Shown in pieces: positions 36,601-51,600 of a stretch of 64,000 nt of DNA (position 1 is its first letter; every line of letters begins with the position of its first letter). The DNA is from Bispira polyomma (taxonomy: Eukaryota). Below the pieces are notes generated by a model. That model had not been told where the DNA came from. It saw nothing but the letters and a program-made list of their open reading frames with translations, and made no database searches. The translations under genes and the position numbers were made by a program. Location of the stretch: positions 56,234,001 through 56,298,000 of the forward strand of contig OZ287756.1 in NCBI GenBank assembly GCA_965649765.1, in the 5' to 3' direction.

Positions 36601-39600
36601 TGTTTTGGGCCCTCTGTTGTTCTCATTATATACTGCTCCTCTCAGATTGGTTATTGGCAAATACACAAGAATAAAGTTTCATTTTTATGCAGATGACACC
36701 CAAATTTATGTGCACCTATCCAATAAAAATACATCTACTGTCTTTGAACAGTTGAACAGGTGCCTTGACGAGGTGAAAGAGTGGATGTCAACTGGTAAAC
36801 TCAAACTTAATCCCGACAAGACTGAGTTCATAATCTTTGGCTCAAAACAGCAGAGGGATAAGTTGAAAGCATTGTTTCCAGTTGACATCCTGGGTAGCCC
36901 TTTCAGTCCAGCTGATTCTGTCAAGAACCTGGGTGTATGGTTTGACTCTGACTTTCTTTCTCTAAACACGTTCAGAGTGTCTGCAAAAGCTGTTTTATGC
37001 AACTTCGTGACTTTAGACGTGTCAGACGGTTTCTCACTTATGATGCTTCTATACTTGTGGCCAATGCCTTTGTCAGTAGTAGACTGGATTACTGCAATTC
37101 ACTTTTCAGGAGTCTCTCAAAGTTTAATTTACGCAAATTACAATGCATTCAAAATAGTGCAGCTAGAATTGTGTCAAACACCAGTCGATACACTAGTATA
37201 ACTCCTATTCTTAAGAAATTGCACTGGCTCCCTATTGAACAGCGTTCAGTGTTTAAGACAGCTACACTTGTTTATAAGTTTCTCCACACTGGGTTTCCAA
37301 AGTATTTTGCCCCATATCTTTCCACTTACAGTAGTTCCTACAATACCAGACGTAGTCAGAGTGGTAGTAATTTCCTTGTTGTTCCGAAGTTCCACCCATC
37401 TACTCAAAAGTCGGTTAAACAGTTTGGTCACAGCTTTGCTTTTGATGCTCCCATTGTTTGGAATGGTCTTCCTGATGTGATTCGTGCTTCCCCCTCACTA
37501 GCCTGTTTTAGAAAGAAGCTTAAAACCCACTTGTACACCAAAGCATACCCACCTTAGTCTCAATCATCCCCTGGCGCGCTCTATGTTGCTGACCCTTTTT
37601 CTGTCCCTTGATTTTGGAAATTGGATAACTGTCTTTTGTGCTGGTGCGCCTTAGAGTCCCCTTTGTTAAGGGGAGATTAAGCGCAATAAAAGTCTAATTA
37701 CAATTGCAATACTAGATTTAAGCCTAAGACTGCGCTTAGTCTGTTAGTGAATACGGACTCTGATGTTTTGTGAGGATTCATGATTTATTTGTGGCGTTTC
37801 ATTACGTTTTTGTGAGGTTTCTTGACATTTTTGTGAGGTTTCATGATGTTTTTGTGACAAATCTGCGACAGATCAAAATAAAACAAAAACAGTCACTTTA
37901 TCGCTAACTTTCACTAGGTAGAGCTACTTTAATAACTGCTACATATTACTGCTACTTTGGTGAAACATTTTGTGACAACTACAGATGAATACAGAAACAG
38001 AGAGCTCTGCCATGATTAGTTAAAAATATTCGTCTCAACTTCTGAAATGTATCTAAAAGTAGAACGATTGCAGATGTTTCGCAAAGACATTAGAAGGAAT
38101 TCTCACTTTGAGTGACATTTCGAAAAGTAGTACTATCATAGCTGCTGAACAGAGAGGTGTGACCAGAACATTACTCTAAGAGTGGCCAGTTATATTAAAT
38201 GACTGGCTACATGTATTACTTTGTGAGTGGCTAGTTACATTGAATGACTAGCTACATGTATTACTGAAAGAGTGGCCAGTTATATTACGGTAAGAATACA
38301 ATTTTGTATTACTCAATGAGTGGTCAGTTATATTGATTGACTGGCTACATGTATTACTTAATGATTGGCTAGTTACACTGAATGACTGGCTACATGTATT
38401 ACTCAATCAGTGGTCAGTGATATTGATTGACTGTCTGCTTGTATTACTTAATGAGTGGCTAGTTACATTGAATGGCTGCTTACATGTATTACTCAATGAG
38501 TGGCTAGTTACATTAAACAACTGCTTGCATGTATTACTGTACTCAATGAGTGGCTAATTCCATGGCTGATCTCAGTTCTCTCAAAGGCCTAGCTGTCTCA
38601 CAAACTCACACCGTCAATCAAATCCCACAATCAATACCAGGACTCTACATAAATCTCACTCCAGCTTTTTTTCATTTGGGATTGTATTTTTTCACACCTC
38701 TGTATTGAATGGATAACTTTCAATTGAATGGAATCACTGGATCCTCAGGATTTCACAAGTCTAGAGCCTCAGATACACACACAAACATATAAACAGCTAG
38801 GAGAGTGGATCTAGATATAATGGTTCTTTAGCTAGTATTCTTTACCTTTATAACTTTATTAGTAAATCCTTCGATTTTCGGCCTACCTCATATTTTCAGC
38901 CTATATCATGTTTAAATAGAGGTAAAAATTACTGTCTGTACACAAACAGATCATTTTCAATGTTGGACATTAAGGTAAACCAGTATCAGTGTATTTTGAA
39001 ACCTAATTATGAATAATAGCCTGCAAAGCAATTGAAACCATAAGTGTTTATTAGTTGCTAAAATAGGCTGAAAATACGGTGAACCATCATAACTCCTGTT
39101 TTATACGTGATGATCCGGTAAAGACACAATAGTCAATTACTGGTATAAAGTACTGTCAATTGTCTTAATCCATCCAATTATGACTAAGCTAGACGTTATA
39201 TCATTCACAGTGAAGACTCCCTCTATTACCACTTGTCAATAACACAATCGACTATCTTGTTTACTAAATTGATTAACCTTTAACTCAACATGAACGTGCA
39301 GTAAATTTAAAGTGTGTGTTTTTACATTCCCTAGTACAAGGTTGTCATTTTTTTTTTTTTTTCAGGTGAGCTGCCTGATTAGGAATAAAGTTATTATTTC
39401 TCTATTGTAAACAAAATTGTAAAATAAAAAAGTTTATGACAAACCTTGTTTGAAATTATAGTACACAGATACATTTCAAATGAAATGTTCAAATTTTTAG
39501 AATAAAAAATATATTTACATGTCATTGTATGATTTGAGATTTAGTCTTAATTATTATAATAGTGAGTCTCTGAACCACTTTTTGCGAATACAAACTTGAA

Positions 39601-42600
39601 ATTTGTCTCAGTCGAGACTCAAAAATCTCAAATTTCAGAAATTTGAGACCACTTTCGGTATTAGACTTAAGACCTCTTTGTGATTACCAACCCAGGGGTG
39701 AATTATTAATGAAAGGGTTAAGTCTGGACATTGTCCTAAATCTAGTACAAAAGTATGCTAGATCTAACACAAAGTCTTGGATAATAAGTCCTTTTGTGAA
39801 TATTGCTCCTGGATGCTACTATTACTAAAAATGGTTTTCAATTTCTTTAAAGGAGGATGAGAGTCCTATATTTAATATTGTTATACACTACTTCAAGTAT
39901 TCAAAGGATGCTCTACTTTATTTTCGCTTACAAATTTGAAATAGTGAGTCTATCAGGAAGTAATTTATGATATTACATGTACGCCTTTATTAATCACAAT
40001 TACTGGTGAACTACTGCAAACATGTCCATTATGTAATCTAATCTGAGACATTAGGTGCTTTAAATCTCCAGGCAAATATTGATGTTCCTTAATCAAGTAA
40101 CCATAAAACAATATTATATTACAACACAATGATTTACAACAACTAGGCCATTTAATATACAGTAAGTCTGTAAACAAATGCCATGGGCAAGTTATATTTA
40201 CAGCACATATAAACAATGTGACATTCTCTCTGTTAATATACAGCAATCGTAAACAATGACATGCAGTACATGATCCATTGTAAGTTACACATTCACAACA
40301 TCCATAATTAACACAGCCATTGTCTTATGAGTGTCTACTTTCTACATACAAATGTGTAATTGTTAGTGCTCCAGCTGGTATTTATGATTTTGGAATCGAA
40401 ACTGGAGTTCGTGAATTAATACAGCTGTACACACACAAACAGTGTCACACAAACATGCAGATGACATGATGTTACATGGGTATACCCTAGAATACCTGTG
40501 TGGGGTGAGCGGCCAGCATTCTCATTTTCCTGGTCCAATACTGCACAGTCCAGTCAAAACCAAGCAGCAATGAATTAATCAGACAAATGTGCATGAGAAG
40601 AAGTTGACTGTGTTAAACTTTAAACTCACCAGATTTGCGGACACAATAAAATGTTTTAAAGTAAGCCTACGCTTCCTTTCAACATGTTCTAAAATCGGCC
40701 AATTTGTGTGTGGCCGACGTAGCGCTAATCCTTTCATCAGATTTGTTATATGTGAAATAAAATTTTAAAAAAAAATTCTTTTTTTTTTTCCTTAATATCT
40801 TATTCAAAAATCGGACAGTCCTCCCGATTTTTTTGCTCCCTGACATATAAAAACTGTTGGCCCGACAGACGTCGGCCGACGTCGGATCGGATCTGATGCA
40901 AATATGCTGAAGGGACACACTTGGTAGTATTGTATCATGAGGGAAAAAAAGCGCAGGCTAAATTATAGCCAACAAACTAATTACCTACATTGCGTAAAAG
41001 ACCTTGTGTGGTGTGCAAATCTAGGCACTTTGTTGAGAAATAAAAGTACGAAAAGTACTGGGTGATTTTTTTAAACATATATGCAGTGCACAGTCAGCAA
41101 TGTATTTCTATTGTGTGACATCACAACACAAAACTTTTTATATCCTGGTTTCATCACATAATGTACACATCTGGTGAGTTTTGAGCAAATGCACAAGTTG
41201 TGAATGCATACTTCGCCTACGTCTATGCAAACACAATTCTGGTGAGTTTTAAGTTTCAAACACTAAAAATGATTAGATATCCAGTTAAAAGTGTTGGAAA
41301 ATTGGGGATCTTAGAATTATAAACTGAAGCGAAAAACCCTTTCACACAATCTTAATTGGCAAGTCTTTTATTGGAGGCAAGGTATTTATATATGTATGCA
41401 AGGAAGAAACCAAGACTAATCAAAACTAGACTTGCACCAGACTTTCAATTCCTGACGTGTAGTAAATTTGACCTTCTGTCAGAGAAGTTGACAAGACCAA
41501 TTCCTGATAATAATGGGGCACATAATGTAAGGACACCGGCAAACAGGCTTTATGTATAGAAAGTTACTCAGGAGAAATGTACCTACAAAAGGGCTTTAAG
41601 TCTGAACTTAGTCCTTATTTTAGCATTTATGTCTACAATTGAATCCCTTCAAGCTAAACCGCACTGGACTAGGAGAGACTTCTCTACTTGAAAGCAGACT
41701 GTCTTTAGTCTTAGCCTATGCCTCCTTTCAGCACATTCCGACGTCGGCCGATTTGCGTGTGTCCGGTCCGATCCGATCCGACGTCGGCCGATGTATTGTT
41801 TCCTTTTATCAGATATGTAGTTAATGTTTTAACATTAAAATTTTAATTTTTTTTTTTTCTTAATTTTTATTCAAAAATCGGATCGACCTCCCAATTTTTC
41901 CCCTCTCTGATAGATAAAATATGTTGGCCCAACAGACGACGGCCGATGTCTGATCTGATCTGCTGCAAATATGATGAATGGAAGCACTTGGTTATATCAA
42001 TTAACGACTTTTAAAATCGGCCGATGTCGGCCGAGAAAAACATGCTAAAAGGAAGCGTAGGCTTAGTGTTCACTGCAAAGTTAACACTAAGCAATAATCT
42101 TTTCTAACTGTCACTCAAAATCATGACCTTTTCGGCCCAAATTATTAAGACGAAAATCTTAAACTTTAAAGACTATTAGGACTAACACTAAGACCTTTTA
42201 TGAATAGTCGACCCCAGAGAGACAGAAACCCAATCCTATAATACAGACCAAAAAGTGGAGGGGGGGTGGGGCGGATAAGGGGTAGGCACTTGTCTAAATT
42301 ATCCGTCTGCAATATAAATCGCTCATCAGCACCAAAACCTTACATTGATTTTCTTTGGTGAAATAGAACCTGGGGCTGTGTATTCATTTAACATTCTTAA
42401 ATGGTTTGGTCTCTGAGCCAATTAGATTGTTTGAATGATTATATATAGCCAATCAATTTGACAGAGACAAAAATTTTTAAAGACTTTAAGAATCTCAGTA
42501 TTTCCAGTTTGAGATGTCCCAGCTACATCATCTTCTCAACACTCCGACAGACTCTTGGAGGCTTCAAATAACAAATGAGGTATTGCCACGCATCCTACGG

Positions 42601-45600
42601 AAATGTTTAGCACCAACAGGTCTGAGGGGGTCTGAGAAGCGGTCGCATAATTAACACAACCCTTAGACACTACAACAAAAAGTTAAAAGAATAAAACCTG
42701 GGACTACAATTCTTCTTTTTCTCTGGTTTTTTTTCTGTTTTCCTTTTGCCGTGGAAACATCGCACTTTTCAGGAGATGAACTAAGTTTTCTTTTTTTTTT
42801 TTTTTTGAACCTTGTAACCATAGTCCCATCAAAACTCAACAAAGAACCTCTACTTTTAGTCCAGATCTAAATTTATTTACTTTAAAATTTAGCATTTTTG
42901 TAAATGTGTGACTTTGACAGATGCAAAACTATACGTCCACAAATACTTAAGAATTGTTATATCAACTTATACTTTCACAGCCAAAGTAATTATCAAATCA
43001 TCAATAAATCTTACATTTAAAGGATTTGTTGCACAGTGTAACTTCAATTATTGCCCCGTTAAAGGAGAGTTGTCTTAGGTACTAAAATTGACAGACTCCA
43101 TGAGGTGTTTGAACCTCCGAGACTTAAGAGCTGGTAGGGTATTGGACTATTGGTTTCAACTTGAACTCATGAACTGTAATTATTCCGTTGTGTACAAAAT
43201 TTTGGTTTGGTACTTTAGCAACAGCACTTCGGGCAATATTTTGCACTGGGAAAAGGTCATACACTCAAGAGGTCACATTATGAGTCCCGACCAAGACTGT
43301 TACCATCCTATATTTTTTATCCCAGCAATAAAGGCTATAAGTGTAACACATTCAGACTTGAACAAGGTTTATCTGGTAACTTTATGACATCTGTGTTGAC
43401 TTGAGTATATTGATACCCCCTGTTCTTTAATAACCTTTAAAGCTTCCCTCTCTTATTAACACTGCCAATAGTGAAAACAGATATTTAGGCAGAAAACAAA
43501 CCAGGTCACAACTTTGCTAATTTGTGAAGAGACGAGATCCTCTCTTGATCGATACATCAATAATTACTAGAGCTGGGGTTCAAGGTTATTGGCTTTTCAT
43601 TAATTAACCAGTTGTTTATTTGCAAAACCAACTGACAACCAGTTATTTACTGGTTATAAAAAAAAATCTGAATAGTCACTGGTAAGAATAAACCACAAAA
43701 CTATTGAGCATATATCAGGTAATGGGTCTAAAGTATAAAATTAAACTTAACATTGGGGGGGCAAACTTATAATACACCAATATTGTCATTTAATAATGCC
43801 CAGATAATTCAAACCAGTAAACTTCAACTGCGGTAGTATCAATTTGGCTAAAGTTGGCCTATTAGATTAAAAGTAACAACTGACAAAAAAGATCCATCGG
43901 ACAGAAAAATGATCATTCTATAAATTGGTTAAAGTGGAATACCAATTTTAGTCCTTCTTTTCAGTCCCTCAAACAAAAAATACTTGAAGTATCAAGTTTA
44001 AATCATTGTCATCAACTTATTTCTCTGCTCACTACACAATATGTAGTCTTTAATTTAGCCCTTAAAGTTGCCTCTGAAGGATCACACTAAATGGCTCTGT
44101 ATGAGACCACGATTATTAGTTATAATATAAAAGATAATGCCCCTTGTGTATTGGCTTTAACATTTAAGCCCCTAATTACACTTGGATTTTAAACAGAAAA
44201 CCAACTGGCACCCTCTTATAAGGTCAGACATTTCTTTGTTATTAGTCTATCAAGTCCAACCAGAGAGATGGGGTGGAGTGAGGCTGTGGGGGAGAGTGGA
44301 GGGGAGAGTGGAGGGGAGGGGGGAGGGGGGGGGAGAGGAGGGGGGGGGGGAGGGCTGCCATATCAGCTAGCTCAGAGCCTATTGATTTCTAAATGTCACA
44401 CACACATACACTCAGACACCCACACCAGTCTGAGTAAAGTCTTTACACCACTAGCCTTGCCGAAAGGCTCACAGGTGGGTCACTAATTATTTTATAACAA
44501 TGAAATCTAAACAATGTAGTAGTTGAGATTAGATTAATTTTAATTTAGGGGGTTTAACATCACTTTTAACACATTGTATTGGTCATATCATGATGACCAG
44601 TTTCAGTGCTGGAGGAAACCAGTGTATACCAGGTGGTCAAGATTGGACACTGTAAACCAGGACCCTAGAGGTGGGAGGCGAGTGTGTTAGCACTGCACCA
44701 CTGAGGCCCTGTAGTAATTAGGAATAAACACACCAGAAAATGAGCACTCAGTAGACTAACAAGGGTGTAAACCTCTGCCAGATGGTACAAAACCGAAAAG
44801 GAACGCTACAGATCTTGATCTCTCAAAACACGGCTATCTTAAAGTGAAGATGAAGAACACATAATTTGACCAAAATACTCATTTTCCCTGTGGTTTATTT
44901 CGGTATACAAGGTTTATACTCATTAAACTACATAGTAAGTACTCAGTAATCACTTCGCCTTGACTGGATCAATTAACTATTTAAAGTTTATTGGTTTTCT
45001 GATTTGTTTTCCCTTAATAATCTTAAGTCCTTAGTGCCTTCCACAAAGTTTGGGCCAAATTGTTTAGTACTGTTTTTGTGTAATGTAATTATCTGCTATT
45101 AAGAAACAAACAATCATACCAACAGACACATAAAAACATCATCTCCTCAGTGGAAGTAATAAGATGATGATCATATATTGTTTACATATAATTCCTGTAC
45201 AGGAAAGATCCAGATATTTTTTATTACATGTAGAACTTTAACTTACATCATGCTCAATCAAAGGCGTACGTATTTGAAATTCTAGTCAATCAAGGGTGGT
45301 CGTACAAACTTGAGCCTCAGGCAAGACTAACTCCTACAGTGCTAAATCCCTTCCCCCCCCCCCCCCCCCCATCCCCCCTCTGTCTGAAGATGCTCTTTCT
45401 TGTGTATCAGTGTGTGAGCAGCAGAACCAGTCCTCTCAAAGCAAGCTATAACTTACAGTTGGCATTTTGCCATTTGGGTTTTCTTGTCCACTCTCAAGCC
45501 CAAAACCAAAAATTGTCTGAACATGAGTTAAAGTACAGTGTAGCATACTTAATAGAGAGTGTAGTTTGGTGGGTTGTTTTTTTAATCAATTCCGATAGTG

Positions 45601-48600
45601 ACTTCACTTGAAAAAGACAGCTATAGATAGATAAACTTCAGTCCACAAACTGTCATTTCTTAATAAACCAAGCACACTACATCAAGGAAATCGAGTTGTG
45701 TTCCTTGGACTATTTCTTATTTTAATTCAGTCACTTGTAAAAACAATGCTTTATTATTTAAGATGATAAAAAAATTAGGCCTCTCATTTAAAGTGCTATC
45801 AAAATTGTTGAAATACTTGACATTAGGTGTAGTCTTTACACAAACTACCCCTCTTTGAGCACTACATTAATAAACCATATGTGATTTTAAAAGATATATT
45901 GACTGAGGTCGGCCATACTGTTTGTTTAAAGGATGAGACAAAAGTAAACACTAAAGCAACATCTTCTCATCAAGCTTATTAATAGGCAGAATTCTACTAG
46001 TTGGAAACAAACACAATTATTCTAAATAATAAATATCTATATTATTTTAATATAGTGGTAAGTATTGTACCAGTTCACACCCACCCAGATGGAAATAGTC
46101 AAAATATCTTTGTAGTGTTATTGATTTTCAACACTGATATTAGTATTTTATACATGACAACAAACTTATGATTTCACGTTAAAATTGTCTGTGCTTGCTT
46201 TGTTTGTAAACCAATTAATATTTACAATCCTTTACAAGATGGGCATGGTAACAGTAACTGGTACAGCACAGTGCCACTAGATATATCATTCTCCGCCCCA
46301 AAATAGAAGAGTTAGAAATTTACCCTGACGACCGATAGTATTAACCGTATTATGGTTATATAATGTGTTGTATTTCCAGACGTTTCTGTGTGAACCGTTT
46401 ATCGTAATTAATACATGTAGTATGTAGATTCTACTTTATTATTCTAGACTGTAAACAAACTATTACTTCTCTGTTCTGGTCTATTGGCAAGTAAAATGTT
46501 TACTAAAATAGAAAAAATGTGAGAAAAATTAATGGAATATTATGGTAACTTTATTGCCATAATAAACTGCACAGACTGTCTATCAAATGTATGATATTTT
46601 TCTATACTGATCATTTAAACCCTACTGTTATTATCAATATAGTTTAGGCTGATTAAGTGATAAATATGCAGATACGGTAATAATTATTATGGCCCCTGGA
46701 ACTCTGATAAACGCTTAAAGGATAAATATAGGTAGAATATAATTACAACTCAACATCCAAATTAAATATACCTCACACTGATTTTCGTTTTCAATTACAT
46801 ACTACCAAGATCTCCTTATTTCTTTAAACCAACAAATGTGAAAACAGAGAGGCTCAAACCAAATCAGCCAAATTAGGCCCTAGAATCATCCCATTAGCAG
46901 AGGAAATTGACAATCCTAAACGGTCACTTGGTGCCAACATATAAATGTCTTCTCCGTGAACAGAATGTGTAAATAAAATTCCTATAGCAAATAGAACTGG
47001 TGTCTTCTAAATCTACGCAAAGTTAATCAGATGCTGCAAACAATAGAATTCATAATATCTGTAATAAATGTTCAAAATTAAGAGAAGTATTGTGTATAAA
47101 CCTACAAGGGCACACAGTGGAAAGCATACCTCTATTAAGGTGCCACAGTGCTGCCAAGAAGTGAAAAAAATTAATGGTTTCTTCTTAAATATTCCATGCC
47201 CGATCCCTCCACCAAATTCCAAGTAATTGATTAGGGCTCATATTACTGAAAGTAACTCAACATCAAACTCAAACTCTGAGCTCCAATAAAGGCTAAAAAG
47301 ACGGGAAGTCCTTGTACAGAATAAACCTACACTTGTGAGCAATCATTTTACAAGAGCTTTTCGCGCTGAATACAAATATGCAGTCAGATGTTACTTTAAA
47401 TACTCCAGTCTACCCAGAGAGATATGGAGACTTCAGATTCGTGCTTAATGAATCTCAGAGTCTAACAGCCCGAGATTTTCCGAGAACACGACAATGGTTC
47501 ACCAGCTTTTGGGGTATGATTCTAGTGACAAGCAAACTAACCAAAGAACAGAGGATAAAAATAAACTCCTTGATGGAGGTAACAAAAAGAAAACAGAACT
47601 TTTAAGAGATATTCAGTGTTAATAAAATCAAACTCAAAGTTCATTAAATCAAATGTGAAGTTTAGAGCTGCAGGCTACTGGTTCAGCCCAGAGTGAAGAT
47701 AAATAGATACTGCTTTGAGCTTCATGTTTTCTGTGAGATAATAATATAATAGCACCACCATTAAAAAGAATATGACAGATGTTAAGAAAATAGAGATTCT
47801 ACTGTATTTCGATTATAGTCGCCTGTAATCTGGTATTGAGTAAATTACTCTAAATCTATGGGAGACACTGTCTGGCCAAACACACAAACATGGTGAAGTA
47901 AACCCACATAGTCACACACTTCTTGTTGGAGGGGGAGAGGGTTATTATCGGATATTGATTACTGGGAAGGGACATTGAAATAATGTATATATCACAGCAA
48001 CTCTGACTGCCTGGCTGCAGGAGAGGACCAGGCCTCATAAAATGAAAATATTCCTTAACAGTATGGAGAAACAATGTCATAAAATGGAGTAGTGGCAATT
48101 AAGTAATGAAACAGACGTAACCTAAACCATCTTACATTGATGGCATTGTGCAGGAGATTTAAATATGACGTCAAACATGTAGCCTGCCTCACAGGCTTAG
48201 AGTTTCATATCAGTCTAACAGTAAGTGGATGTTTCCATGACGGCAAATTTTTCGCTTTTAATAATTTATAAGTGTCTGTTTCCATGTGAGCAATGCCGAT
48301 AGGTGGCAGGCGGCAATGCAAGGCAATTTTTTCACTCCTGGTAGTATAAACATTAAACTTGGAGATGTAGACTTAACAGTCTCAATAATTCAAACCAAAC
48401 ATAAACCATCATTGATCACCCTGAGTCTCTCATATTAACATCCTACATTTTCTCTTTGTAAAACCGAATTGGGCTATTAACTCAAAACTTTGAAGAAAAT
48501 ATGGTTTGGTCAAAATCTGGTTAGTTTTTTGTTTGTTTTTTATAATCATGGGGCGATATTATTCACAACTGTGCTAAGGGTGGACATTGTCCTAAATCTA

Positions 48601-51600
48601 GCACAAAAGTATGTATACTAGAATACATGTAGAATCATAGACAAAATCATGGCTACAAAGCAGTTCTCGGAATAATACAACCCTGCCAATAAACAAACCA
48701 ACAATCTGACAAATCAACAGCCAGGGGCAAAAACATAAACTCATTGGCTTGGTGGATGGAGGTAATAGATATATACAAGAGAATTGAACTGGGGTGAAAA
48801 ATCAATCAATTCCTAAGCTCTCTGTAGCGGTACTAGAAATCAGGGAATGGAGTGTTTGTCATCATGATACAGATAATGGATACTCTCACATCCACCCTAG
48901 ATATATCACTGACAAGAGTCAACCCAGGAGACTGTATTCACCAAAGGTGCTTAACCTTAGTTTAAAGCTAATAACATTTATGTCTAAATTATTTAAGACT
49001 GTATCATTGTTAAGAGCAACGTTACCACTTAAAGCATTAAGATCTTTTCTTACTTTCACTGGCACTAAAACGAAGACCAAAATCTTAACCTGTTCGGCCA
49101 CATTCAAAGACCAAAATCTTAAGTTTAATACTAAGTTAAGACTACGCGACCTTTTGTGAATATAGCCCCCAGGCTCTAATGAAAAGCTGTCACATCAGAT
49201 TTCGATATATTTTACAAGGCCCTAAGGAAATGCATTTACCCTTAGTCCCTTAGTAGTATACTGCAGTGAGTGGTGTCTTTCTTCAAAGTGGATATAATAA
49301 ATTCTAACAAAAAAATATCTTCTTACATTTCAAAAGTTTTTGAGTTAACATTTTGTTTAAAATGCATAAAGTTCAGAACCTGTTTTATGATTAAATATTA
49401 TGAAATATATAGTATTGAATGTTGTTTGTTAAATATAAATAAAAACTTTTTATAATGCGCTGTATATATTTATTATACCAATAAGAAATGCAACATTCAT
49501 AAATAATGCGCACCTTAACCGATCGATGGGGGTGGAATTTATATCATAAAGCATGAAAGGCTGAGAGATGGTTAAAAACGAAACAACGTACATAAAACAC
49601 TCATTAAAATGATTCATTTCTTAATCTAAAATGCTTAAACTTGAATAAATTTAAAGTCACGTAATACATTTAGTCTAAATTCTGTAATGCTAGCTGTTTC
49701 AAAATGGTTATTGTAGGCCATTATGGACTTACAATCACATGATGACGATAAACATTTCTGGTTTGTGGGTCAGACTGCAAAACAAACTTTGTTACTTTAA
49801 TTTTCTGCACACAACGGCTATATTGATTTAATCTTAAAGGCAATTTGCATTACTATTACATACTTAAAAACTTACTTCCTTTGATGTTGTCGTGACAGCT
49901 GTCACATTTAAAGACTAAACTTTTCAGTGTGAGTTGTTGTTGGGTTGCCACACTACAATGGTCCAATTTCAGCCACCGATGGAAAATTACACCATGATAC
50001 AGGAACACAGGACTGTAGGCTTAAGGCAAGATTACACCTAGACTGAGTAGGTCTGAGTTCTTTGCCGCAGTTTTGTGGTTTTTGTAGATACCAGCGACAG
50101 AGCGGGTACCATAAGCAAAAGCTAACAAATCTTACACAGTAGTTTACTATATTCTATAGAGCGGGAAATACAATATGTATGCGTAGATTACATACTATGC
50201 TGAAATATTTTCAAATAATGATATTTATGCAATTATAGTTCTCATAGGTTGGCCATAAGTTATAATATAACTGTTTACGGCTATTGGACCAATCAATACA
50301 GCCCCAAACTTGAAGGTAATATGTTGTTTCTTGTATGTTATTTGTGCCGAGTCAGATTGGTGAAGTTTTGCCTCTGGTAGTCACCGCTTTGTCCATCGTG
50401 CGATGGGTGCACGATGGAACAGCAACTCGGGTTAGGTTTATTACCCTAAAGACCAAAGCAGAGAAAATAACTTAAAATAAGCACTGTTGTGAGTGGTACC
50501 AAGTAAATAATAGATGATGAGAAAAATAAAATACCCTCGCATGTTTACATAAATAACACAGATAATATTATTGCAGCACCAAATAAATATTCTTCAGTTT
50601 TTACTTTTGTTTTTATATTATAAGGGTTTAAAATGGAAACCCTCGATAGCCACGGGCCAGTTGAAGTGATTTGATCACTTTTATAAGTCATGACATCATC
50701 GAAGGGTGTAATTGGTAGTTTGTGCATCCACGGCCCGTCTCTAATGACAGCTAATATTTGGTAAGGATTGAAGCCTGGAAGGTTATATCGATTACGGATG
50801 TGACCATTTTAAATGCAGACTCTGATTTTTGTTGGATTTGAGACACTGTTTTTACATACAGTATTCCCGCAAGCAATAAACACTGCAGTCCTGCCCATAA
50901 CATTGATAGAAATTCCAGTTTGAGAAAAATATGAATTTTTGCGTAGCAAAAGTTTGACTGACCCAAAACTATATGGCATTTGACGTAATACTGCAGAAAT
51001 TTGTCAACTTCTACCAAACCGAGGTTTGATCCACCATGAGATGACAACTATGTACTTGTTTAACTAAATAACGTTAGTCAGCAGGAGATGGGACGGTAGT
51101 CACGGTACTGAAAATTTTGTCATGGTTGGCAGACTAAATGATACCGGTTCTGAGATACAGCGAGTCCCGTCCCATCCCTTTAAACCACCAGTTCCTTGCA
51201 TGTTAGTCTGTAAACCTTCTATTTTTGTTAGCAGTTAATCAAACAGAATAAACCCCAGTAATACCAATTAAAACAGTAGAGGTGTGACAGGGCTCCCAGT
51301 TACTGAATAATATTGAGCCAAATTTTTGGGGAATTTAAAGTGAAACTAGCAATACAGGAACTCGAAAACATGTACGTTTTATAGTTCTAAAATTTATTAC
51401 CTTATTGCCTATTATCCTACTTCACTTAGTTGAAACAAAAATTTGGTCTACTAAGTAATTTATTCAGCTAAATATATACGTTTTCCTTATAATTTCCAAT
51501 ATTCCCCTACATATTTTCTACTTCTGTTTGACAGATTTTGTTTACATCAGCCGCCATATTGCGATCTAGACTGGTTTCTGGAATTGGTTCATACTAAATG

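Larger units (their letters stand above)
34312..37760. mobile_element. Harbinger-like MITE split by a LINE insertion (halves 34312-34371 and 37711-37760)
   Basis: gcccgtattcactaacagactaagc ... gcttagtctgttagtgaatacggac long TIR pair; the family core aaaagtat|actagattt is rejoined when the LINE is removed. Confidence 0.85.

Noticed and set aside
38333-38557. ORF with periodic W/L residues resembling a coiled-coil or repeat protein
   Set aside because: Translation of the 45-bp minisatellite; no ATG or splice support
42500-42660. GC-richer island as a possible alternative exon
   Set aside because: Stops in all minus-strand frames and no convincing donor
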